Source of the DNA: Cyanobacteriota bacterium
Lineage (GTDB): Bacteria > Cyanobacteriota > Cyanobacteriia > Cyanobacteriales > Microcystaceae
Length of the DNA: 32,000 bases
Direction of reading: 5' to 3'
NCBI GenBank assembly: GCA_046304295.1
Contig: JBKCES010000311.1
Location: forward strand, 969-32,968
Shown: positions 17,493-25,804 of the stretch, piece after piece
Numbering within the stretch: the stretch's first letter is position 1
Layout of the letters: the number at the start of each line of letters is the position of its first letter
The notes under the pieces: model-generated
What the model saw: only the letters and a program-made list of their open reading frames with translations
Databases searched by the model: none
What the model was told of the DNA's origin: nothing
Translations under genes and position numbers: made by a program

Positions 17493-17671
17493 AATCACGC
17501 CGAGGACAGTATCCCGTTATACAATTACGATTTGGCGTTAACTCAGAAAAGCTCATCCAGTAAGGGTTCTGGCTCCCCTTCTCCCAGAATTGGATTGCTT
17601 TTACCACCTATTTGATGCTTTTGTCCTTGCGCTGACGAGATTCTTTAAAAAAGCTGACCGCAAGCTGGTAA

Positions 17672-18388
17672 TCAGACGGAGAGAAACTCTTGAATAATCT
17701 CCTGACTGAGATCCTGAGTTTGACCGCTGGCAACAATGCCGCCCTTCTGCATGGCGTAATAGCGATCCGCCTGGCGCACAAAGTGGAGGTGTTGCTCCAC
17801 CAGTAGAACGGAAATTTGGGTTTCTCGAATGATGCGTTTCACCACCGCTTCGATTTCTAAAATAATTGAGGGTTGAATCCCTTCCGTGGGTTCGTCCAGG
17901 AGTAATAATTGCGGTTTTCCCACCAGTGCCCTAGCGATAGCCAATTGCTGTTGCTGACCGCCACTCAGGTCGCCTCCCCGGCGGGCAAGCATGGTTTTGA
18001 GCACAGGAAACAGCTCGAAAATTTCTGAAGGAATCCGTTCCTGACCCCGGCGCCCCTGGGGCATCGCCTCAAAACCCAGTAATAAATTTTCCGCCACCGT
18101 CAAACGGGGAATAATGTCCCGACCCTGGGGCACGTAGCCGATACCCGAACGAACCCGGCGGTCTGTGGTTTGGTTGCGTAAATCCCGCCCCTGGAAAAAG
18201 ACCGCACCCTGACGGGGCGCCAGCAGACCCATGATGGTTTTGAGAAGGGTCGTTTTGCCAACGCCGTTGCGCCCGATTAAACAAACCATTTCCCCCGGTT
18301 GGACGCTGAGATCCACCTCCCGGAGAATATGGCTTTCGCCGTAGTAAACATCGAGACCGCTAACTTGCAACATGAGGTCGGGATTCAT
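17672..18388 (-). CDS. urtE: urea ABC transporter ATP-binding protein UrtE
   Basis: Walker A GRNGVGKTT, signature LSGGQQQ, Walker B LLLLDEP. It is the last gene of a urtABCDE-ordered cluster. Confidence 0.9.
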   Translation of the reverse strand: MNPDLMLQVSGLDVYYGESHILREVDLSVQPGEMVCLIGRNGVGKTTLLKTIMGLLAPRQGAVFFQGRDLRNQTTDRRVRSGIGYVPQGRDIIPRLTVAENLLLGFEAMPQGRRGQERIPSEIFELFPVLKTMLARRGGDLSGGQQQQLAIARALVGKPQLLLLDEPTEGIQPSIILEIEAVVKRIIRETQISVLLVEQHLHFVRQADRYYAMQKGGIVASGQTQDLSQEIIQEFLSV

Positions 18389-19131
18389 TCCGGCGCCGCT
18401 CCTAAATAGACTTCAATAACTCGGGGGTCGTTTTGCACTTCGTCCATGGAACCTTCGCAGAGGACGGTTCCCTGATGAAGCACGGTGACCTGGCGGGCGA
18501 TTTGGCGGACAAACTCCATATCATGTTCGATGACGATAATGGAATGGCTTTCCGCCAGCGCCAATAAGAGATTGCCCACATTTTCCGTTTCCTCGTCCGT
18601 TAACCCCGCCACCGGCTCGTCCACCAGCAGTAAATCCGGCGATTGAATCACCAACATGCCGATTTCTAGGCGCTGTTTTTCGCCGTGGGATAAAAAGGTG
18701 GCTTTGAGGTCGGCTTTGGCCTCTAAACCAATGGTTTCCAACAAACTAGCCACATGGCGACTTTCCGTGGCGGAGGGAGCGTTAAAAAGGGTGGCAAAGA
18801 CACTTTTACGTTTATTGGCCACCAAATCGAGATTTTCCCGGACGGATAAATTGAGGTAGATCCGGGGGGTTTGGAATTTGCGGCCAATGCCCAAGCGAGC
18901 AATTTGGTATTCCGCTAGGGGACGCAGGTCTTTGCCTTTAAAGAGAACCCGACCCTGGGTGGGTTTAACCTTGCCGGTGATCACGTCTAAAAAGGTGGTT
19001 TTACCGGCGCCGTTGGGGCCGATAATGACCCGCAACTCCCCGGTTTCCATGGCGAAATTAAGCTGGTTCAGCGCCTTAAAGCCGTCAAAATCCACCGTCA
19101 GATTTTCAATCTCTAAAATCGAATTACTCAT
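18385..19131 (-). CDS. urtD: urea ABC transporter ATP-binding protein UrtD
   Basis: Walker A GPNGAGKTT, signature LSHGEKQRLE. The probable start is MSNSILEIENL at 19131, overlapping the urtC stop. The track ORF start at 19269 is unlikely. Confidence 0.9.
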   Translation of the reverse strand: MSNSILEIENLTVDFDGFKALNQLNFAMETGELRVIIGPNGAGKTTFLDVITGKVKPTQGRVLFKGKDLRPLAEYQIARLGIGRKFQTPRIYLNLSVRENLDLVANKRKSVFATLFNAPSATESRHVASLLETIGLEAKADLKATFLSHGEKQRLEIGMLVIQSPDLLLVDEPVAGLTDEETENVGNLLLALAESHSIIVIEHDMEFVRQIARQVTVLHQGTVLCEGSMDEVQNDPRVIEVYLGAAPE

Positions 19132-20254
19132 GCTCCAATTGCTCCCGTTCCTGTTGAACCTCGGGATTGACCTCCAGCGCCGGATAGGTGAGGAGTTTCG
19201 GGCTTCGTTTAGCGGCGAAGAGTTGGGCCAGTCCGCCCAAAATACCGTTAGGAAGGACAGTGACCACAATTAAGAATAACGCGCCCTGAAAGAAGAGCCA
19301 GATTTCGGGAAAACTTTCGCTTAGGAAACTTTGCCCCAAACGGACTAAGAGCGTCCCTAAAATCGCGCCGACTAAGGTGGCTCGACCCCCCACCGCGACC
19401 CAAATGACAATTTCAATAGAAAAGGCCACCTCCATAATGCTGGGGGTAATAATGCCCGTTTGCACTGTGTAAAGCGCTCCCGCCACCCCAGCGATGGCGC
19501 CGGAAAGGGCGAAGATAAAGACCTTAAAGCCCGTGGGGTCATAGCCGGAAAAGCGCACTCGGGTTTCGTCGTCCCGGATGGCTAGGAGGAGGCGCCCAAA
19601 GCGTCCGGTGGTGAGCCAGCGGCAGAGGAGATAAACCAACAGTAAGGAGAGGAGGGAAAGCTCGTAAAAGGCCACTTGCACCCGATTATCGCTGACCAAT
19701 AGACCGAAAATGGTTTGGGTATCGGTTTTTAGTCCGTTGGTGCCGTTAATTAGCTTTTGCTGACCGTTAAAAAAGTTATAAAACACCAACAGCGCCGCCT
19801 GGGTCAGGATGGAAAAATAGACCCCCTTAATGCGGTTACGGAAGATGAGATAGCCTAGTAAACCCGCCACAATGCCCGGAACTAGGATTAAGCTAATAAT
19901 GGTCACCGGCAGGGAATGGAAGGGTTGCCAGAGCCAGGGCAGGGACTGGACGCCGTAGAGGGTGAAAAACTCCGGCAGTTGCCCCTCCGGTAATTGCAGG
20001 TTTAAATACATCGCCAGGGCGTAACCCCCGAGCGCAAAGAAAATCCCGTGGCCGAGACTGAGTAAACCCGTATAACCCCAAATTAAATCCACCCCCACCG
20101 CCACAATGGCGAGGGAAACAAAGCGCCCCAACAGCCGCAGGCGAAAGGCGGGGATCAGCGCCGGTAAAACTAAGCCCCCAATAACTAAAAGGGCGACAAT
20201 AATGCCGATTTCCCACAACCTTCGGCGCTGTTTTTCCTGAGCAGTTTGATTCAT
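19124..20254 (-). CDS. urtC: urea ABC transporter permease UrtC
   Basis: Branched-chain-amino-acid-type (LivM-like) permease in the urt cluster. Confidence 0.9.
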   Translation of the reverse strand: MNQTAQEKQRRRLWEIGIIVALLVIGGLVLPALIPAFRLRLLGRFVSLAIVAVGVDLIWGYTGLLSLGHGIFFALGGYALAMYLNLQLPEGQLPEFFTLYGVQSLPWLWQPFHSLPVTIISLILVPGIVAGLLGYLIFRNRIKGVYFSILTQAALLVFYNFFNGQQKLINGTNGLKTDTQTIFGLLVSDNRVQVAFYELSLLSLLLVYLLCRWLTTGRFGRLLLAIRDDETRVRFSGYDPTGFKVFIFALSGAIAGVAGALYTVQTGIITPSIMEVAFSIEIVIWVAVGGRATLVGAILGTLLVRLGQSFLSESFPEIWLFFQGALFLIVVTVLPNGILGGLAQLFAAKRSPKLLTYPALEVNPEVQQEREQLEHE

Positions 20255-20296
20255 AGTTGACCTACGAGGATGTTGATCTAGGCTTAATTAGTCCCC

Positions 20297-21454
20297 CTAT
20301 AGTTCCGCGGTGCGACCCTTGGGCGGAAACAGACCCGCGGGTTTAATTTGTAAAAAGGCGATAATCAGGGCGAAGATCACCACTTTAGCCATACTCGTGG
20401 TGGCGAAAAACTCAAAAAAGCTTCCCAAACCTGAGCCGAGGGAGAGCGCCAAACTGCTACTACCCACAATAATCAGGTAATTGAAAACCCCAATGGCCAG
20501 CGCCGCCACGATAGTTCCCAAGAGATTGCCGACGCCCCCCACCACCACCACCATAAAGGTGTCCACAATGTAGTTTTGGCCGGTGTTGGGGCCCACGGAG
20601 CCGAGAAAGCTGATGCCGCAACCGGCGATGCCCGCCAACCCCGACCCAAGGGCGAAGGTAAGGGCATCCACTTGAGCCGTGGGAATTCCTAAGCAGGCGC
20701 TCATGGTTCGATTCTGAGTCACGGCCCGAATCCGTAGCCCCCAACTGGAGCGGTTCAAAAACCAATAGGTTCCGAAAACGCAGAGGACAGTTAGGGCGAT
20801 GATAAATAGACGGGTGTAGGGCAGTTGGAAATCTCCGATGGGCAAACCGCCCCGCAACCATGCCGGTGCCGTGACGTCCACATTACGGGCGCTGAACCAG
20901 GGTTTCACCCAAAAATCCTGTTTGGTCTGAAACAGCAAAACCCCCAACGCCGTCGCCAGTGCTGCGGAGAGGGGTAAAAGAACCCACAGGGCTTTCTGTT
21001 GGATTTGGGCCCAATCCAAACGGCGCTGAATCAGCCAAAGACCGCCGAACAACAGCAGGGCGAAGACGACTAACGCCAGAGCCAAGAGCGTGTTGACGCT
21101 CCGAACCAACTGTTGCAGGATCAAGCTCACTCCCCAGGTGGCCAACAAAGTTTCCAAGGGGCGCCCGTAGAGGAAACGAATCACCCCCCGCTCCAGCGCC
21201 AATCCCACCAGCCCGGAAACCAGAAAAGCGAGGGGCAGAGCGGCGAAAATATAGAGGCTAAACCAAGGCTCTCCCAAGGGTTTAAAAAGATTCGGCACCA
21301 CAAAGGTGGTGTAGGCGCCAAGCATGATCAGTTCGCCGTGGGCGAGGTTAATCACCCCCATCAGGCCAAAAACGATGGCCAGACCTAGGGCGGCCATCAG
21401 GAGCACCGCCCCAATACTCAAACCGTCAAAGACGCCGCTCAGTAAAATAGACAT
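20297..21454 (-). CDS. urtB: urea ABC transporter permease UrtB
   Basis: LivH-like permease (INLAHGELIMLGAYT) in the urt cluster. Confidence 0.9.
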   Translation of the reverse strand: MSILLSGVFDGLSIGAVLLMAALGLAIVFGLMGVINLAHGELIMLGAYTTFVVPNLFKPLGEPWFSLYIFAALPLAFLVSGLVGLALERGVIRFLYGRPLETLLATWGVSLILQQLVRSVNTLLALALVVFALLLFGGLWLIQRRLDWAQIQQKALWVLLPLSAALATALGVLLFQTKQDFWVKPWFSARNVDVTAPAWLRGGLPIGDFQLPYTRLFIIALTVLCVFGTYWFLNRSSWGLRIRAVTQNRTMSACLGIPTAQVDALTFALGSGLAGIAGCGISFLGSVGPNTGQNYIVDTFMVVVVGGVGNLLGTIVAALAIGVFNYLIIVGSSSLALSLGSGLGSFFEFFATTSMAKVVIFALIIAFLQIKPAGLFPPKGRTAEL

Positions 21455-21514
21455 TTAAATACAGTTATCAGTTACTCAGTTATCAGCGGTTAAACTGGGT
21501 CTTCCGGTTCCCAT

Positions 21515-21582
21515 CCTTGGAGGGGTTAGGGGTGGGTTAGCGCTCAGGGATAGAACCCACCCCCCTGCCCCCTCCCAAGAGG
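21515..21582. repeat. imperfect GC-rich inverted repeat (hairpin element) in the urtA-urtB spacer
   Basis: ccttggaggggttaggggtgggtt (21515-21538) is nearly complementary to aacccacccccctgccccctcccaagagg (21554-21582). Confidence 0.45.
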
Positions 21583-21636
21583 GGGAGTTCAACTACGACA
21601 GAAATCAGGAGCATGTAGCTTTCCCTCGATGGGTTT

Positions 21637-21708
21637 TATCCCCCTAAATCCCCCTTTGCAAGGGGGACTTTGAACTGAGCTTGTCGAAGTAGGGGTTAGG
21701 GAGGATTC
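21637..21708. repeat. small dispersed hairpin repeat, same family as 3651-3726
   Basis: The core ccccctaaatccccctttgcaagggggactttgaa (21640-21674) matches 3654-3688 at 33/35. A partner arm aggggttagggaggat lies downstream. Confidence 0.55.
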
Positions 21709-21758
21709 TAACGCTTGTATACGCGACAGATCCCAAGTTGAGGAATGGGTTCTCAGAC

Positions 21759-23096
21759 CTAGGAAAACTGCGGCCCCTTAAACTTGCCGGGGGTTTCCGG
21801 CGGTTGAATGTCCGTCCGGGTCCAGTCGCAGGTGAAGCCCTTGGTTTCAGGGACAAACTGGTTCCAGGGAACGGGAATCACGGGGCCCTCGGTGGCCCAA
21901 ACGATGTTGAAGAGACCGTCGTCTCTGACCTCCCCCATCCGCACCGTCTTAGAAATATGGTGGTTGGGGTACATCTTCACCGGCCCTCCCGGCGACGCAA
22001 ACTCCTGACCGATGGCCGCGGCCCGGACGGCGTCTAGATCGTCCGCTGTCCCCGCTTTTTCCACGGCTTGCTTCCAGAGATAAACCATGATGTAGGCCGC
22101 TTCCATGGGGTCGCTGGTCACCCGGTCGGCGCCGTATTCTTTCTGGAACGCGGCTACAAATTTGGCGTTTTCCGGGGTGTCCACGGTTTGGAAATAGTTC
22201 CAAGCGGCGTATTGCCCCAGTAGGTACTCTTTACCGATTTGTCGGACTTCCTCTTCGGCGATACTCACAGACATCACCGGGTATTTATCCGGCTTGAGAC
22301 CCGCGGCTTGCAGTTGCTTAAAGAAAGCCACGTTGCTGTCGCCGTTGAGGCTGTTAAAAATCACGCCGCCATTGGGAAGTGCCTGCTTAATTTTGGTGAT
22401 GATGGGAGTCACTTCCGTATTACCGAGGGGTAAATAGTCTTCCCCGACAGTTTTGCCGCCTTTAGCTTTAAGTTGCTCTTTAATAATGGTGTTGGCCGTG
22501 CGGGGAAAAACGTAGTCGGAGCCGACTAAAAAGAACTCCTTACCCTTGTTTTCCAGCAACCAAGTCACCGCTGGCTCAATCTGCTGGTTCGGCGCGGCGC
22601 CGGTATAGAAAATATTGCGGGAACATTCCTGCCCTTCATACTGGACGGGATACCACAACATGTGGTTTTTCTCTTCAAAAACCGGCAATACCGCCTTGCG
22701 ACTGGCGGAGGTCCAGCACCCAAAGACCGTCGCTACTTTATCCTGATCAATCAATTTTCGGGCTTTTTCCGCAAAAGTTGGCCAATCCGAGGCGGCGTCT
22801 TCCACCACCGCTTCCACTTGTTTACCCAGTACTCCCCCGGCGGCGTTGATTTCTTTAATGGCCAACTTTTCAGCTTCCACCACCGTGGTTTCGCTAATGG
22901 CCATGGTGCCGCTGAGGGAATGTAAAATCCCCACCTTAATCGTGTCTCCAGACGCAGCGCCGGTGGGGGAAGCCGTTCCGCCTTCCGGCGTCGTTTCCGG
23001 CGCCGGATTATTTTGACAAGCTTTCAGGAGCAGACTCGTTCCCAAAGTCGCCCCGCCGTAAAGCAAAAACTTTCTTCTTCCTAATCCTTGCATCAT
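21759..23096 (-). CDS. urtA: urea ABC transporter substrate-binding protein UrtA
   Basis: 445 aa with a signal or lipoprotein-like N-terminus (LLKAC) and a LivK-type periplasmic binding fold. It is the first gene of the urt cluster. Confidence 0.9.
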   Translation of the reverse strand: MMQGLGRRKFLLYGGATLGTSLLLKACQNNPAPETTPEGGTASPTGAASGDTIKVGILHSLSGTMAISETTVVEAEKLAIKEINAAGGVLGKQVEAVVEDAASDWPTFAEKARKLIDQDKVATVFGCWTSASRKAVLPVFEEKNHMLWYPVQYEGQECSRNIFYTGAAPNQQIEPAVTWLLENKGKEFFLVGSDYVFPRTANTIIKEQLKAKGGKTVGEDYLPLGNTEVTPIITKIKQALPNGGVIFNSLNGDSNVAFFKQLQAAGLKPDKYPVMSVSIAEEEVRQIGKEYLLGQYAAWNYFQTVDTPENAKFVAAFQKEYGADRVTSDPMEAAYIMVYLWKQAVEKAGTADDLDAVRAAAIGQEFASPGGPVKMYPNHHISKTVRMGEVRDDGLFNIVWATEGPVIPVPWNQFVPETKGFTCDWTRTDIQPPETPGKFKGPQFS

Positions 23097-23175
23097 AGAC
23101 TTTAAGTCACCTCTAGGGGGTTGTAGAGTAAAAAATAACCAGCGTGAAGAGTGAGTCGAAACCGCTAAGAGTTTG

Positions 23176-23218
23176 ATACTAAGTCTAGGGTCGGGGATAA
23201 AATGTTATGTACGCTACA
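23176..23218 (-). promoter_or_regulatory. NtcA-type activated promoter of urtA
   Basis: The reverse strand reads TGTAGCGTACATAACA (23218-23203), i.e. GTA-N8-AAC, one mismatch from GTA-N8-TAC. It is followed by exactly 22 nt and then TAGTAT (23181-23176), which fits the TAN3T -10 box. This is the canonical NtcA class II geometry, about 80 nt upstream of the urtA ATG. Confidence 0.5.
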
Positions 23219-23348
23219 AAATCGGCGTTCATGCCCCCTCGGAAGCCTAGTTTTGTCAGTAAAATCACCATAGATAGGCGGGAAATGGCTATACGTTAGA
23301 GTCGCCACCTAACGGAGAGCAGTTCTAGAGCTTTAAGCGCCGGGGGGA

Positions 23349-25016
23349 TTAAGGCTTGGATTGAGTGGGTTGAAACTGGACAATCTTCTCTCCCGAACTA
23401 CGGTAGAGATCCAAGGGTAAATTAGCCTGATGGCTGATCTGTTGTAAAGACCGCTCTAGCTCCTGAATATGGCGGAGGATCTGGGCCTGCTCCTCTTGTC
23501 CTCCCTCCTGGACTCCCCGCTGTAGTCGTTGGAGATAATCTGATTTGAGGACGATTTTAATTCTTTTGGACTCAATTTTATAATCACAACGACGGGGAGA
23601 GCCTACACAAAGGATTTTTAGATTCCGCTGGAGGGACTGGGCCCGGAGTGCCGCTTTTAAATTTTCTTGGCTCTGCTTTTTGGCTAATTGATAACGGGTG
23701 AGGAGAGTTTGAGTCTGGGGACTGAGCCAGCTTTGGGAAGGAATTTGCTTGAGGCTCTCTAGGGCGCTCTGCCAATAGCGAAGGGCTTCTGAGAATTGAC
23801 GACGTTTCCCGGCGCTTTCAGCTTTGTTGGCTAAAACTCGGGCTTGTTCAAGGGTCTTCTGGGCGCGGGTTTCTAAGGATTGTTTGGCTTGCAGTTGTTT
23901 AAACTCGGATTGTTCTAGAGTCAGTTGTTGTTGAGCGAGGGCGTAGAGGTCGGACTCGGGCGGAATCTGCTCTAGGAGTTGCAAACCTTGGCTCCAAAGC
24001 ACTAAAGCCTGTTTAAGTTCTCGAAGCGTTTTGGCTCCTCTAGCCTTGAGTTTCGCCTCTGTGAGCAATTGATTGCCCCGTTGACGCTCTAGGTTGGCTT
24101 GCTGTTGGGCCAAAACCTGCTGGTCAATCTGATGGAGTTGGCGCTGATAATCTTGGGTTTGGGCCATCACTAGGGATTGAAGGGGGCTTTGGGGAGAAAT
24201 TTGCGCCAATAAACGCAGACTCCTATGCCAAAGTTCGCGACTTTGGCGGCTATCGCTCTGACTCTGGGCTTCCTGGGCCAAGCGAGACGCTTCCGCAAAC
24301 AAGTTGAGTTCCCGCCGCCGCGTTTGGTAGGAGTCTAGAAGGGCCTGACTCCGCTGAAAGTGGGGAGACCAAGGGGGAATCGCTTTAAGGTGGCTTAAGG
24401 TGTCTAGCTCTGTCTCTGAAGCGAGTAAGGCCTCAAACTCCGGTGGCAGGCCGAAGCTCTGTAATTGGGCTTGGGCCTGGAGCAATTCGGGACAAGAACT
24501 GAGAACACAGGGACGACTCAGGCCATAACCGAGACTGAGAACAATGCCAGCGCCTAGCCCCCATAGCAGTGGTCGTTGGTGAAATCGGAGCCAGCTCTGA
24601 GCAGACTCCCGCCAATGGTTGGTTAAGACTCTGTCCCAAAGCGACTTGGGCGACTCCCGAGGGGAGAGAACTCCGGAGAACGGAACACTAAAATCCGGCG
24701 CCGGGCTGATCTGGGGCTGAATGGCGCTGGCGTCGCCGTCCCGTAGAGCCAACTCTTCATCTAGGACTAAAAAGATTTGGGGTCTGTAGAGCGCCGTCAA
24801 GCCGTCTTGGGCTAAACAATCCCGAGCTGAGGCGAAAATCGCTGTGCTTTCTAAGAAAGGAGTCGTTTCAAAGTAGAGGGCAATGAGGAGGGTTTCCCCG
24901 TCCAGGCGACAGTGAACGCTCTGGGGAGTCAGGGCAATTTGGTCTCCTTGAAGATGTCTGAGGAGTCTCTTTTCCAGTCGGCCTAAATCGAAGGGAATCA
25001 GTGCCGTGTTGACCAT
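23349..25016 (-). CDS. hypothetical membrane-anchored protein with Q-rich internal repeats
   Basis: 555-aa ORF with a soluble N-terminal domain of about 100 aa, one TM segment (LLWGLGAGIVLSLGYGL, about aa 149-166), then 3-4 repeats of about 65-75 aa. The repeats share W..[SA]L.LL.QIP..S.L...AQ..L..Y. Confidence 0.7.
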   Translation of the reverse strand: MVNTALIPFDLGRLEKRLLRHLQGDQIALTPQSVHCRLDGETLLIALYFETTPFLESTAIFASARDCLAQDGLTALYRPQIFLVLDEELALRDGDASAIQPQISPAPDFSVPFSGVLSPRESPKSLWDRVLTNHWRESAQSWLRFHQRPLLWGLGAGIVLSLGYGLSRPCVLSSCPELLQAQAQLQSFGLPPEFEALLASETELDTLSHLKAIPPWSPHFQRSQALLDSYQTRRRELNLFAEASRLAQEAQSQSDSRQSRELWHRSLRLLAQISPQSPLQSLVMAQTQDYQRQLHQIDQQVLAQQQANLERQRGNQLLTEAKLKARGAKTLRELKQALVLWSQGLQLLEQIPPESDLYALAQQQLTLEQSEFKQLQAKQSLETRAQKTLEQARVLANKAESAGKRRQFSEALRYWQSALESLKQIPSQSWLSPQTQTLLTRYQLAKKQSQENLKAALRAQSLQRNLKILCVGSPRRCDYKIESKRIKIVLKSDYLQRLQRGVQEGGQEEQAQILRHIQELERSLQQISHQANLPLDLYRSSGEKIVQFQPTQSKP

Positions 25017-25124
25017 GCCATTGCCGGGGTAGATTAGAAAGGAAAGAGAGGCTAGGTTCTTAGAGAGTCATTATACTGGAGGCTCCGACCGGATAAATCC
25101 CATGGGGTTTCTGTTTTTAAAACC

Positions 25125-25730
25125 ATGTCTGTTGTTGATTCCCAGTCTTTGATTCAAGGCGTTCTAGAGGGAAAAGTGGTGAGTTTTCCCACCGATACCG
25201 TTCCGGCGCTGGCGGCCCTCCCGGAGCGCTCTGGAGAGATTTATCGGCTCAAACGGCGCTCCGCCGACAAGCCTCTGATTCTCATGGCCGCAGAGCCAAA
25301 GGCTTTTCAACCCTACTTAGGCGGCGCCGGGGAAGACCGAGCCCAGTGGCGACGGATCATGGATCAAGTGTGGCCCGGAGCCGTCACCTTAGTCTTGCCA
25401 GCCTCTCCGGCGGTTCCCCCGGCGCTGAATCCTCGTCAGGACGGCACCATTGGTTTACGGATTCCCGCTTGTCCCCCGGCGTTAGCCATTCTCGCCCAAA
25501 CCGGCCCCTTAGCCACTACCAGCGCCAATCTCTCCGGCGCCGCCCCCCTGCAAACCCTAGCGGAGATTGCCCAAGTCTTCCCCGAAGCTCTTGTGTTGAA
25601 GCTAGAGCCTCCTAGTCTGGTTGTCGGAAGCGGCCAACCCTCCACCGTCGCTCAGTGGCAAGCCGGACAGTGGAGCCTTTTACGCCAAGGGCAGATGCCG
25701 TTCCCCCCGGCGGACGACGACAAAGTTTAG
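25125..25730 (+). CDS. tsaC: L-threonylcarbamoyladenylate synthase (YrdC/Sua5 family, short form)
   Basis: FPTDTVPALAA, KRRSADKPLILM, WPGAVTLVL, IGLRIP and TTSANLSG are the conserved YrdC-domain blocks. Confidence 0.85.
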   Translation: MSVVDSQSLIQGVLEGKVVSFPTDTVPALAALPERSGEIYRLKRRSADKPLILMAAEPKAFQPYLGGAGEDRAQWRRIMDQVWPGAVTLVLPASPAVPPALNPRQDGTIGLRIPACPPALAILAQTGPLATTSANLSGAAPLQTLAEIAQVFPEALVLKLEPPSLVVGSGQPSTVAQWQAGQWSLLRQGQMPFPPADDDKV

Positions 25731-25782
25731 CCCCGGTTCCATAAACCGAGAAACGAAGCGCTAAAATTGATGCACAATTTTG

Positions 25783-25794
25783 CCCCCCCCCCCC
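25783..25794 (+). repeat. C12 homopolymer 10 nt upstream of the GTG start of the Wzz/BY-kinase-like gene
   Basis: Twelve consecutive C residues read directly from the sequence (tgcccccccc ccccttaaga). Confidence 0.9.
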
Positions 25795-25804
25795 TTAAGA
25801 ACCT

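Noticed and set aside
21455-21758. Possible CRISPR array or tRNA in the repeat-rich spacers, also checked at 3541-3768, 6702-6825 and 31094-32000
   Set aside because: The repeats are single inverted-repeat hairpins, not regularly spaced direct repeats. I recognised no cloverleaf-compatible sequence or CCA-type acceptor arrangement.
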